A model generated the notes under the pieces. That model searched no databases, was not told where the DNA came from, and saw only the letters and a list, made by a program, of their open reading frames with translations. Below, one piece after another: positions 10,466-18,440 of a DNA stretch of 64,000 nucleotides (positions within the stretch are counted from its first letter, which is position 1; each line of letters begins with the position of its first letter). Source of the DNA: Candidatus Rokuibacteriota bacterium (GTDB taxonomy: Bacteria; Methylomirabilota; Methylomirabilia; Rokubacteriales; CSP1-6); contig JAHFDN010000001.1 in NCBI GenBank assembly GCA_023248995.1, forward strand, positions 51,249 to 115,248. The letters run 5' to 3'. A program made the position numbers and the translations under genes.

Positions 10466-11124
10466 CGCGGAGGGGGCCTCGACGCCCCCATCCGTACCTC
10501 CCCTGGAAAATTGATAATCACACTCCGCATTGCCAAGTAGACGACAACTCCGTTCAGGACGTGCCAGAGGAAGTGGGTGCCGATTAGCAAATAAGGGCAT
10601 ACAACTTTATCAACTGTGCGAAAAACGAGCGAGAGTGAAAATACCCCCGTTGTCGCGAGCAGCAGGAAATGACCTCTCTTTCGTTGCTGGAAATGGTACA
10701 GTCCCAGGCTGAGTAGCAAAAGGAATGAAGGAGAATAGATGAGTGAGCCGTTGAGGATGTTCGGGAATTGCCTCCCGAGATAGGCTGCAGCAGCGAAGCC
10801 GACTGTGCAAGCGGATGCAAGCTCGATGCGTATTCCCACAACTGTGCGCGTGTACAGCCACAGAAACCAGAGCTGAAACAGCAGAATGGGGAGCGCGTCT
10901 AGGACCCTCGCCCATCCCGTCGCGAACGTGTGGAATGCGATGCTCCCAACGCCGATGGTGACAAACAAGGCGATTAGCCCCGAGCTCCCCGCCGACAGAG
11001 CATTCGCACGTCGGGCCAGAGACCAGGCCGCCCAAGCAGCGATCAGAAAGGACAGATTGGTGGACGCATTGACTGGTTCCGCAAATAAACCGGGACCCAA
11101 GCGTTCACAGTAGAGATCGATCAC
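10426..11124 (-). CDS. Ceramidase/CREST-superfamily membrane protein
   Basis: YCER...AEPVNASTN, GSIAFH, D.LPI, GTHFLWHVLNG. Low GC. The C-terminus reads into the antisense strand of gltD copy B. Confidence 0.85.
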   Translation of the reverse strand: MIDLYCERLGPGLFAEPVNASTNLSFLIAAWAAWSLARRANALSAGSSGLIALFVTIGVGSIAFHTFATGWARVLDALPILLFQLWFLWLYTRTVVGIRIELASACTVGFAAAAYLGRQFPNILNGSLIYSPSFLLLLSLGLYHFQQRKRGHFLLLATTGVFSLSLVFRTVDKVVCPYLLIGTHFLWHVLNGVVVYLAMRSVIINFPGEVRMGASRPPPRQSGAGRSDLPMR

Positions 11125-11160
11125 GCGTTACCGCGCTGGTGGAGCGGCCTAAAGATCGCG

Positions 11161-11238
11161 CCTCAACGCTCCTCCGACACTAGGCTGACGCCACGGCGTG
11201 CCTTCCGTGGCAGCTCGCCTGGCGCTCAGGCGTTGAAG
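11161..11238. repeat. Imperfect palindrome (degenerate attC/REP-like hairpin)
   Basis: TCAACGC...AGGC..GCCACGG-CGTGCCTT-CCGTGGC..GCCT...GCGTTGA. 19 bp of it (11194-11212) recur at 9819-9837. Confidence 0.55.
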
Positions 11239-11279
11239 ATCCGATCAGCCGGCCTCCGCACCCAGCCGGCCCCCGTCGG

Positions 11280-12302
11280 TTAGCCGCCGCGGGTGTGCAT
11301 CTCGAGGTGGGGGTCCTGACGCAGCTCGCCGATCTGGACCAGGGGGCTCCGGCTGCCGAGGGCCAGGCGCTCCTCGGCGCCCCGGTCGGCCCGCTTGTGC
11401 CAGATGGGGGCGATGAGGGCCTTGAGCTCTGCCTTCGAGGCGCCACGCCGCAGGGGCCCCCGGAGGTCGGTCCCGTCCTTCGCGTAGAGGCAGAGGTACC
11501 ACATGCCATCGGCGGTGAGGCGGCTCCGGTCGCAGGAGCGGCAGAAGGGCGCCGTCGTCGAGGAGATGATCCCGAAGACGGTCCCGTCGGGTAACCTGAA
11601 GCGGTCCGCCGGCGCCGAGCTTTCCTCGATCACGGGTTGGATACGGCCGTAGTGACCCTCCAGTCGCTCCAGGATCGCCGTGCGGGGGAAGACCTTGTCC
11701 ATGGACCAGAGCGTGGCGCCGCCGACGTCCATGTACTCGATGAAGCGCACCTCGGCGCTCACTTTCTTGCCGTACTCGATGAGGTCCACCAGCTCGTCGT
11801 CGTTGGTCCCCCGCATGACCACCGAGTCGAGCTTGAGCCCCTTGAAGCCTGCCCGCCCCACCGCCTCGATTCCACGGAGCGCCCTCGCCAGATCGTCGCG
11901 GCGCGTCAGGCGCCTGAAGCGCTCGGGCTGGAGCGTGTCGAGGCTGACGCTCACCCGATGGAGTCCCGCCTCGTAGAGCGCCTGGGCCTGCTCGGCCAGG
12001 AGCACGCCGTTGGTCGTCATGGCGAGGTCCCGGATGGCCGGCTTGGCGGCGAGCATCCGGACGAGCGCTGGCAGATCCCTGCGCAGGAGCGGCTCCCCGC
12101 CTGTCAGCCGCACTTTGTCCACGCCGAGCTCGGTGAAGACGTCCGCGAGGGAGCTGATCTCCTCGAAGTGAAGGAGATGCTCGCGGGGGAGCCAGACGTA
12201 CTCGTCCTCCGGCATGCAGTACTGGCAGCGCAAATTGCAGCGGTCGGTGACCGAGATGCGGAGGTTTCGAAGCGGGCGGCCCAGGGTGTCGAGGTGGGGC
12301 AT
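11280..12302 (-). CDS. moaA: GTP 3',8-cyclase
   Basis: LRISVTDRCNLRCQYCMP, RLTGGEP, FCRSCDRSRLTADG...CL, C-terminal GG. Confidence 0.97.
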   Translation of the reverse strand: MPHLDTLGRPLRNLRISVTDRCNLRCQYCMPEDEYVWLPREHLLHFEEISSLADVFTELGVDKVRLTGGEPLLRRDLPALVRMLAAKPAIRDLAMTTNGVLLAEQAQALYEAGLHRVSVSLDTLQPERFRRLTRRDDLARALRGIEAVGRAGFKGLKLDSVVMRGTNDDELVDLIEYGKKVSAEVRFIEYMDVGGATLWSMDKVFPRTAILERLEGHYGRIQPVIEESSAPADRFRLPDGTVFGIISSTTAPFCRSCDRSRLTADGMWYLCLYAKDGTDLRGPLRRGASKAELKALIAPIWHKRADRGAEERLALGSRSPLVQIGELRQDPHLEMHTRGG

Positions 12303-12309
12303 GGACGGT

Positions 12310-12615
12310 TCAGATCTCGATGAAGACCCCGGTGCCTTCCACCTTCACCGGAAAGCAGGCGACCTTGACCGCCGGGTTGTTGGTGTTGGCACCCGTGCTG
12401 ACGTCCCACCGCCAGCCGTGCCAGGGGCATGTCACCACGGAGCCTTCCAGTTCCCCCTCGCCGAGCGGGCCGCCGCGGTGAAGGCAGGTATTGTCCAGGG
12501 CGTAGAAGGTTCCGTCCACGTTGAAGAGGGCGAGGGTCTTGCCTTGCACCTCGATCACCTTGGCCTCGCCCGGGTTGAGATCGGCCTTGTCGGCAATCTT
12601 GGCCAGTGTGCCCAT
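12310..12615 (-). CDS. Rieske [2Fe-2S] ferredoxin
   Basis: CLHRGGPL...CPWHGW. Confidence 0.93.
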   Translation of the reverse strand: MGTLAKIADKADLNPGEAKVIEVQGKTLALFNVDGTFYALDNTCLHRGGPLGEGELEGSVVTCPWHGWRWDVSTGANTNNPAVKVACFPVKVEGTGVFIEI

Positions 12616-12635
12616 GTTCTCTTCTCCTTCGAAGC

Positions 12636-13322
12636 TCAGCCGAGGGACCAGAGGATCTCCTCTATCGGCCGCTTGACACAGGTGAAGATCGGCGTGTCAC
12701 GGACCGTGTAGAGCGACCCTCTGGTCTCGCGGAGCCGCATGACCAGCGTGACGAACTCCTTGGGATCCTCGCCCTCGAACGACACGACGAAATCCTGGTC
12801 GTCGAGGCCGAAGGAGTAGGCGGTGTTGATGCGGATTGCCGGGAACTTGTGCCCCACCCGGATGTGTTCGCTCATGAGCTTCTGCCGCTCTTCCATGGGC
12901 AAGAGGTACCACTCCCGGGTCTTGACGAAGGGATAGACAAAGAGGTATTTGGCCTGGCCGGGCTCGACGGTGACGGTGACCTCTTCGGTGTGCCCCTTGA
13001 GGTAGATGGACTCGCGCGTCACCGCCAGGAAGCTCCAGGTCTGCTCCAGGTAGGGCGCCATCGCCGTCTTCCTGAGCGCCTCCATGAGGCCCTGGATCTG
13101 GTCGAGCTCAGGGGCGATGATCCAGAGGAGGAAGTCCGAGTCCTTTTTGAGGCCGAGCGTCGAGTACGGGCGGAGGAGCAGGCGCCCGTTGAAGTCATCC
13201 ACCCGGGCCAGGTACTCGGCGATCGCCCTCCCCTTTTCGTCCTTGGCGAGGCCGTACCAGCCGGGGAGCGCCCGGAAGCAGGCATAGACCATGAAGCGTC
13301 CGGGGGGCGTCTGTTCGGCCAT
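12636..13322 (-). CDS. chdC: Coproheme decarboxylase / chlorite dismutase family protein
   Basis: YLFVYPFVKTREWYLLPMEERQKLMSEH, TAYSFGLDDQDF, RDTPIF. ATG at 13322. Confidence 0.8.
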   Translation of the reverse strand: MAEQTPPGRFMVYACFRALPGWYGLAKDEKGRAIAEYLARVDDFNGRLLLRPYSTLGLKKDSDFLLWIIAPELDQIQGLMEALRKTAMAPYLEQTWSFLAVTRESIYLKGHTEEVTVTVEPGQAKYLFVYPFVKTREWYLLPMEERQKLMSEHIRVGHKFPAIRINTAYSFGLDDQDFVVSFEGEDPKEFVTLVMRLRETRGSLYTVRDTPIFTCVKRPIEEILWSLG

Positions 13323-13330
13323 CGTGTCTC

Positions 13331-15049
13331 CTATACGGCCAGGGTCTCGGGGGCGAGGCCGGCCTTCTGGTACTCTCGGATCAGGCCGGACTTTTTCACG
13401 CCGACGTCGAGGTGATCCCACGGAAAGACTTCGTCCAGCGGCCGCTCGCGGCTCGTGTAGAAGGCAGGGTCGCCCTCCCATTGTCTGAGCGCCCGTCGCC
13501 AGTCTCCGCCCAGGCGCGCCGCGATCTCCAGAAAATCCGCCACGCGGCGGTCCCCGCGCGCCAGGAGCGCCTGGAGGGAGGCCTCCCGCGGGTTTTCGTG
13601 GAGCACCCGCACGTTGGGGAAGCGCCGGACGCCGCGCTTGATGACCCCGAGCTTGTCCTCGAGGCTCCGCGGATCGTCGAAGGGCGCCCACTGAAAGGGC
13701 GTCCAGGGCTTGGGGACGAAGGAGGAGATCGACAGCGTGAGCTTGCCGAACGGGTGGCCGTCCGGATCGAGCACGCGCAGCCTGTCCAGGAGGCGTCCAG
13801 CAAGATCCGGGATTGCCTCTATATCCTCGCGGGTCTCGGTGGGGAGCCCGATCATGAAGTAGCACTTGAGGTTCGGGATCCCATGCCGCCGGAGGAGGCC
13901 GCAGGCCTCGTAGAGCTGTTCGTCGCTGATGGTCTTCCGGATCACGTGCCTGAGCCGCTCGGTGCCGGCCTCCGGCGCCATCGTGAGCGTCCGATGGCCG
14001 CCGCGCTTGAGCGAGGCGACCAGGTCCTCAGTCAGGCTGTCCGCTCGCAGCGACGAGATGGACACCTCGACGCCGTGCTCCTCGAGGATCTTCATCAACT
14101 CCCCGATCCACGGGTAGTCGGAGACGCACGCCCCCACCAGCCCCACGCGGCGTCCGTCCTTGGCGATCTTGGCCACCGTCTCCCTCAGCGACTCCAGGCT
14201 CCGGTGACGGACCGGCCGGTAAATCTCGCCCTCCAGACAGAAGCGGCACCCTCTGCCGCACCCTTTACCCACCTCCAAGAGCGACATATGCCCGTACTCC
14301 GCCCGCGGCGTCTTCAGGAGAGAGATTGTCTCGAACTGGTTCACGTCCTTCAGGCGGCGCTTGAGCACCACGGGCGGCACGTTCGCGTGCCGGGGAACGA
14401 CGGCGGCCACGCTCCCGTCATCGGTGTGGCGGACCTCGTAGGCATGGGGAAGATAGATGCCCTGGATCGAGGCGAGCCGGTCCAGGAAGGCGTCCCGCTT
14501 GCGGCCGGCCGGGTCGAGGCCCTCGAAGGCCTCGCGATAGGAGGACACGATCTCGCTAACAATCTCCTCCCCTTCCCCCACCACCACGAAGTCCATGAAG
14601 GGGGCGATGGGCTCGGGGTTGGCGAAGGCGCACACGCCCCCCATGAGGATCAGCGGGTCCTGGGGCCGGCGCGCTTCCGGGCGTAGCGGGATGCCTGCCA
14701 TGGCGAGCAGCCGCAGCACGTTGATGTAATCGCCCTCGTAGGTCACCGAGAACCCGACGAGGTGGAAGTCGGAGAGGGGGCGCTGGGACTCGAGCGAGAA
14801 CGGCGGGGTGCGCGTCCTCAGATATTCATCCAGGTCCTCGGGGTCGGGGAAGAAGACCCGCTCGCAGACGACGTCGGGGAGGCGGTTCAGGCAGGCGTAG
14901 ATAGCCTGGAACCCCAGGTTGGACATCCCGACCGCGTACGTGTTCGGGTACACGAGGGCGACGGAGATCTTGCCTCCCCAGTCTTTCGCGATCCCTCCCT
15001 GTTCGAGAGCCAGGAGGGCCTGCGCCTTTTTCTTGAGGTCCCAGGACAT
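13331..15049 (-). CDS. B12-binding-domain radical SAM protein (uncharacterised)
   Basis: YPNTYAVGMSNLGF, VVVGEGE, GCGRGCRFC, APEAGTERLR, YFMIGLPTE, FVPKPWTPFQW. Confidence 0.9.
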   Translation of the reverse strand: MSWDLKKKAQALLALEQGGIAKDWGGKISVALVYPNTYAVGMSNLGFQAIYACLNRLPDVVCERVFFPDPEDLDEYLRTRTPPFSLESQRPLSDFHLVGFSVTYEGDYINVLRLLAMAGIPLRPEARRPQDPLILMGGVCAFANPEPIAPFMDFVVVGEGEEIVSEIVSSYREAFEGLDPAGRKRDAFLDRLASIQGIYLPHAYEVRHTDDGSVAAVVPRHANVPPVVLKRRLKDVNQFETISLLKTPRAEYGHMSLLEVGKGCGRGCRFCLEGEIYRPVRHRSLESLRETVAKIAKDGRRVGLVGACVSDYPWIGELMKILEEHGVEVSISSLRADSLTEDLVASLKRGGHRTLTMAPEAGTERLRHVIRKTISDEQLYEACGLLRRHGIPNLKCYFMIGLPTETREDIEAIPDLAGRLLDRLRVLDPDGHPFGKLTLSISSFVPKPWTPFQWAPFDDPRSLEDKLGVIKRGVRRFPNVRVLHENPREASLQALLARGDRRVADFLEIAARLGGDWRRALRQWEGDPAFYTSRERPLDEVFPWDHLDVGVKKSGLIREYQKAGLAPETLAV

Positions 15050-15084
15050 GGTTTCGCTTGTTTTGTGATGAGTTACGTCGAATC

Positions 15085-15114
15085 AGTCTAGCAGAAGCGC
15101 GCGCGGAGGGTCAA
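15085..15114 (-). promoter_or_regulatory. Sigma70-type promoter of the radical SAM-chdC-Rieske-moaA run
   Basis: TTGACC-18 nt-TAGACT with extended TG. Confidence 0.55.
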
Positions 15115-15123
15115 GGCGAGTGG

Positions 15124-16563
15124 CTAACCCTTGATGACCCCGATGGGCTTGAGCCGGGCGACCTTCTTCGAGATGCCGAACCGCTCCACGACCTCGACGA
15201 CCTCGCGGACGTCCTTGTAGGCCTCGGGCATCTCCTCTTCGAGGGCGTCCCGTCCGGTGGCGCGCGCCAGGATGCCCTTCGATTCGAGCTCCCGGGCGAT
15301 GTGGCGCCCGCGGGCCGCCTTGACGGCGGCGGTCCGGCTCATCAGGCGCCCCGCGCCGTGGCAGGTGCTGCCGAACGTCTCCCGCATGGAGCCCTCCGTT
15401 CCCACCAGGACGTAGGAGTAGCGGCCCATGTCACCGGGGATCAAGACGGGCTGGCCGATGGCGCGGTAGGCGTCCACCAGTTCCGGGTGGCCGGGCGGAA
15501 ACGCGCGGGTCGCCCCCTTCCGGTGGACGAGGAGGTGGCGCCGTTTGCCCTCCACCTCGTGCTCTTCGTCCTTGGCGATGTTGTGGGCCACGTCGTAGAC
15601 GAGCGCCATGCCGAGCGCGGCAGGCCCGACCCCGAACACCCGGGCGAAGATCTCCCGCGTGAAGTGGGCGAGGCACTGCCGGTTCGCGAAGGCGAAATTC
15701 GCCGCCGCGCGCATGGCGCCGAGGTAGTCGGTCGCCTCCGGGGAGCCGAGCGGCGCGCAGGCGAGCTGACGATCCGGGAGCTGGATGTCGAACTTCCGGA
15801 GCGCTCCCTCGAGTCGCCGCAGGTAGTCGGTGCAAACCTGGTGGCCCATGCCCCTGGAGCCCGTGTGGATCATGACCGTCACCTGGCCGGCGAAGAGCCC
15901 GAGCACCTCCGCGGCGCGCTGATCGTAAAGCTCTTCCACCGCCTGGATTTCCAGGAAATGATTGCCCGAGCCGAGCGTTCCCAGCTGGTGTTTCCCGCGC
16001 TCGTAGGCTTTGGGCGAGACGGCCTCGGGGTCGACTCCCTCGAGGCGGCCGTTCGATTCGATCCGTAGAAGATCTGGGGCTTCGCCGAACCCGTGCTCGA
16101 CGGCCCAGCCGGCGCCGCGTTCGACGAGGCGGCGCTCGTCGGCGGGGGAAAGTTTGACCCGCCCGCGCGATCCCACCCCGGCGGGGATGGCCTGGTAGAG
16201 TGCGTCCACGAGCTGGCCGAGGCGCGGAAGCGCGTCCTTCGCCTGGAGGTCCGTCCTGAGGAGCCGGACCCCGCAGTTGATGTCGTAGCCGACGCCCCCG
16301 GGACTGACGACCCCCGTCTCGATGTCGGTGGCGACCACGCCGCCGACGGGCAGGCCGTAACCCTGGTGGATGTCGGGCATGGCGAACGAGGCCTTGACGA
16401 TCCCGGGGAGCGTGGCGGCGTTGGCGACCTGCTCGAGGGAGGCGTCGCGACGGATCTGGGCCATCAGCGACGCGTCCGCCAGGACCAGGCCGGGAACCCG
16501 CATGCCCGGCTTGGCGTCGGGGGGGATCCGCCAGAGGTACGGACCGACCTGCTCGATCTTCAC
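15124..16563 (-). CDS. rtcB: RNA-splicing/repair ligase RtcB (long, archaeal/eukaryote-like form)
   Basis: MPDIHQGYGLPVGG, GYDINCGVR, GTLGSGNHFLE, HTGSRG, HNIAK, HRKGATR, HGAGR, EEMPEAYK, C-terminal KG. Confidence 0.96.
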   Translation of the reverse strand: MKIEQVGPYLWRIPPDAKPGMRVPGLVLADASLMAQIRRDASLEQVANAATLPGIVKASFAMPDIHQGYGLPVGGVVATDIETGVVSPGGVGYDINCGVRLLRTDLQAKDALPRLGQLVDALYQAIPAGVGSRGRVKLSPADERRLVERGAGWAVEHGFGEAPDLLRIESNGRLEGVDPEAVSPKAYERGKHQLGTLGSGNHFLEIQAVEELYDQRAAEVLGLFAGQVTVMIHTGSRGMGHQVCTDYLRRLEGALRKFDIQLPDRQLACAPLGSPEATDYLGAMRAAANFAFANRQCLAHFTREIFARVFGVGPAALGMALVYDVAHNIAKDEEHEVEGKRRHLLVHRKGATRAFPPGHPELVDAYRAIGQPVLIPGDMGRYSYVLVGTEGSMRETFGSTCHGAGRLMSRTAAVKAARGRHIARELESKGILARATGRDALEEEMPEAYKDVREVVEVVERFGISKKVARLKPIGVIKG

Positions 16564-16605
16564 GGGACCTCCGTTTCCTGTCTCGAGGTCCCGAACGCGA
16601 CTCGC

Positions 16606-17043
16606 CTAGACGCCCATGATCTGGACGTCGATGCTGCGCTGCCGGGGACCATCCAGTTCGGCGACGATGATGCTCTGGAACCTTCCCAGGGACAACTCTC
16701 CCTCGCTGATCCCGACGGCGACGCTTCGCCCCAGGAGCGCGGCCCGCAGGTGGGCGTGGGCGTTGCCGCGCTCGCAGTCGGAATAGCGGGGGTCGTCGTG
16801 GCGGTAGCCGTTTCGCTCCCTCACCAGCCGCTCGAACAGCGACTTCAGATCCTCCACGAGGGCGGCCTGGAATTCGTTCACGAACAGCGCCACCGTGGTG
16901 TGGAGCGAATTGACGAGGAGGATGCCTTCTTTGACGTCCGCGCTCAGGACGATGTCCCGGATCTGCCTCGTGATGTCGTGGAGCTCGGTACGCTTCTCAC
17001 TCAGGAGCGTGAAGGTCTTTCGCACTACCTTGAGCGTCTGCAC
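16606..17043 (-). CDS. yjbQ: YjbQ/UPF0047 family protein
   Basis: HTTVALFVNE, YRHDD, NAHAHL, LGRFQSI...ELDGPR. Confidence 0.9.
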   Translation of the reverse strand: MQTLKVVRKTFTLLSEKRTELHDITRQIRDIVLSADVKEGILLVNSLHTTVALFVNEFQAALVEDLKSLFERLVRERNGYRHDDPRYSDCERGNAHAHLRAALLGRSVAVGISEGELSLGRFQSIIVAELDGPRQRSIDVQIMGV

Positions 17044-17099
17044 GCCGATCCCCTCCCCCAAGGCGTTCCGTCCGGTGGTTGTGCCTGCTGCGGGTCCCG

Positions 17100-17188
17100 T
17101 GGTGCCGAGGGGGGGATTCGAACCCCCACGGCCCGGTCGGGCCAGCGGATTTTAAGTCCGCGGCGTCTCCCAGTTCCGCCACCCCGGC
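17100..17188 (-). tRNA. tRNA-Leu(TAA)
   Basis: Cloverleaf with long variable arm, GACT-TAA-AATC anticodon loop, GTTCGAATC, encoded CCA. Confidence 0.96.
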
Positions 17189-17212
17189 GTGTACCCGCGA
17201 CGAGAGCTTGAA

Positions 17213-17288
17213 TGGAGGCGGCGAGCGGATTCGAACCGCTGAATAGAGGTTTTGCAGACCTCCGCCTTGGCCACTTGGCTACGCCGCC
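17213..17288 (-). tRNA. tRNA-Cys(GCA)
   Basis: GGCGGCGTAGCCAAGTGG...GTCT-GCA-AAAC...GTTCGAATCC...CCA. Confidence 0.96.
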
Positions 17289-17302
17289 GACCCGTTCAGA
17301 TC

Positions 17303-17377
17303 TGGAGCGGGAAACGGGATTTGAACCCGCGACCCCTACCTTGGCAAGGTAGTGCTCTGCCGCTGAGCTATTCCCGC
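17303..17377 (-). tRNA. tRNA-Gly(GCC)
   Basis: GCGGGAATAGCTCAG...CTT-GCC-AAG...GTTCAAATCCC...CCA. Confidence 0.96.
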
Positions 17378-17392
17378 AAATAACCGCGCGAA

Positions 17393-17421
17393 ATTGTAAC
17401 AAGGGCACCTAATCCTGTCAA
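17393..17421 (-). promoter_or_regulatory. Strong sigma70 promoter of the tRNA operon
   Basis: TTGACA-17 nt-TACAAT with extended TG, followed by a GC-rich discriminator-like stretch. Confidence 0.85.
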
Positions 17422-17440
17422 CTTACGGGCCCTCGGGCGC

Positions 17441-18439
17441 TCAGGACGCCTCGCCGCGGAAGTACCTGGCGGCGTCCTCCGGCGGGGTGGGATTGATGAA
17501 AAAGCCGCTTCCCCACTCGAAGCCGGCCACCTTGATCAGCTTCGGGATGATCTCCAGGTGCCAGTGGTAGTGGTCCAGGTGCGGGGTGCGGAGGGGCGCG
17601 GTGTGCAGCATGAAATTGAACGGGGGGTCCTTGAGGGTCTGGTTCATCCGGCGCAGGAGGTCGCCCACGATGCCCGCCAGGCTCTGGGCCTCGTCGCGCT
17701 CGATCTCCTCGTAGGCGGCGCGGTGGGCCGCGGGGAGGATCCAGGTTTCGAAGGGGAACCGCGGGGCGAAGGGCGCCAGCGCGACGAAGCCGCCGGATTC
17801 CAGGATGACACGGCTCTGGTTTTGCCGCTCCTGTCGCACGATGTCGCACCAGACGCAGCGCTTTTTCATCCGAAAGTATCCCTGAGCGCCCTCGAGCTCT
17901 TCCTCGACCATGATCGGCACGATGGGGGTGGCGATGAGCTGGGAGTGCGGGTGCTCGAGGGAGGCGCCGGCCGCCTCGCCGTGGTTCTTGAAGATCAGCA
18001 CGTAGTCGAAGCGCGGGTCCTTCCTGAGGTCCACGATGCGCTCCCGGTACGCCCAAAAGACCTCCGTCACCGCTTCTTCGGGCAGACTGGCGAGGGTCGC
18101 GCCGTGGTCCGGCGTTTCGATGATGACCTCGTGGGCCCCGATGCCGTTCATCCGGTCGTAGAGCCCCTCGCCCTGCGGCTCGATCTCACCCTCGATGCGC
18201 AGCGCCGGAAACTTGTTCGGGACGACCCGCAGGGACCAGCCGGGGCTGTTCGGGGGAGCGTCGGAGGGCCGAAGGGCGAGGATTTCGGGCGGCGTCTTCC
18301 CCTCGTTCCCCGGGCAAAACGCGCACGGGCCGCCTTTCGTTCGGACCGGGGCCGCACCGAAATCCGACGGGCGCCGGGCCCGCTCGGTGGCGATGATGAC
18401 CCAGCGCCCGACGACGGGATCTTTCCGGAGCTCGGGCAC
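17441..18439 (-). CDS. galT: Galactose-1-phosphate uridylyltransferase family
   Basis: ELRKDPVVGRWVIIATERARRP, CAFCPGNE, NKFPAL, GASLEHPHSQ. Confidence 0.93.
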   Translation of the reverse strand: MPELRKDPVVGRWVIIATERARRPSDFGAAPVRTKGGPCAFCPGNEGKTPPEILALRPSDAPPNSPGWSLRVVPNKFPALRIEGEIEPQGEGLYDRMNGIGAHEVIIETPDHGATLASLPEEAVTEVFWAYRERIVDLRKDPRFDYVLIFKNHGEAAGASLEHPHSQLIATPIVPIMVEEELEGAQGYFRMKKRCVWCDIVRQERQNQSRVILESGGFVALAPFAPRFPFETWILPAAHRAAYEEIERDEAQSLAGIVGDLLRRMNQTLKDPPFNFMLHTAPLRTPHLDHYHWHLEIIPKLIKVAGFEWGSGFFINPTPPEDAARYFRGEAS

Positions 18440-18440
18440 G

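Noticed and set aside
16895-17408. Short ORFs overlapping the tRNA cluster
   Set aside because: Spurious translations of tRNA genes
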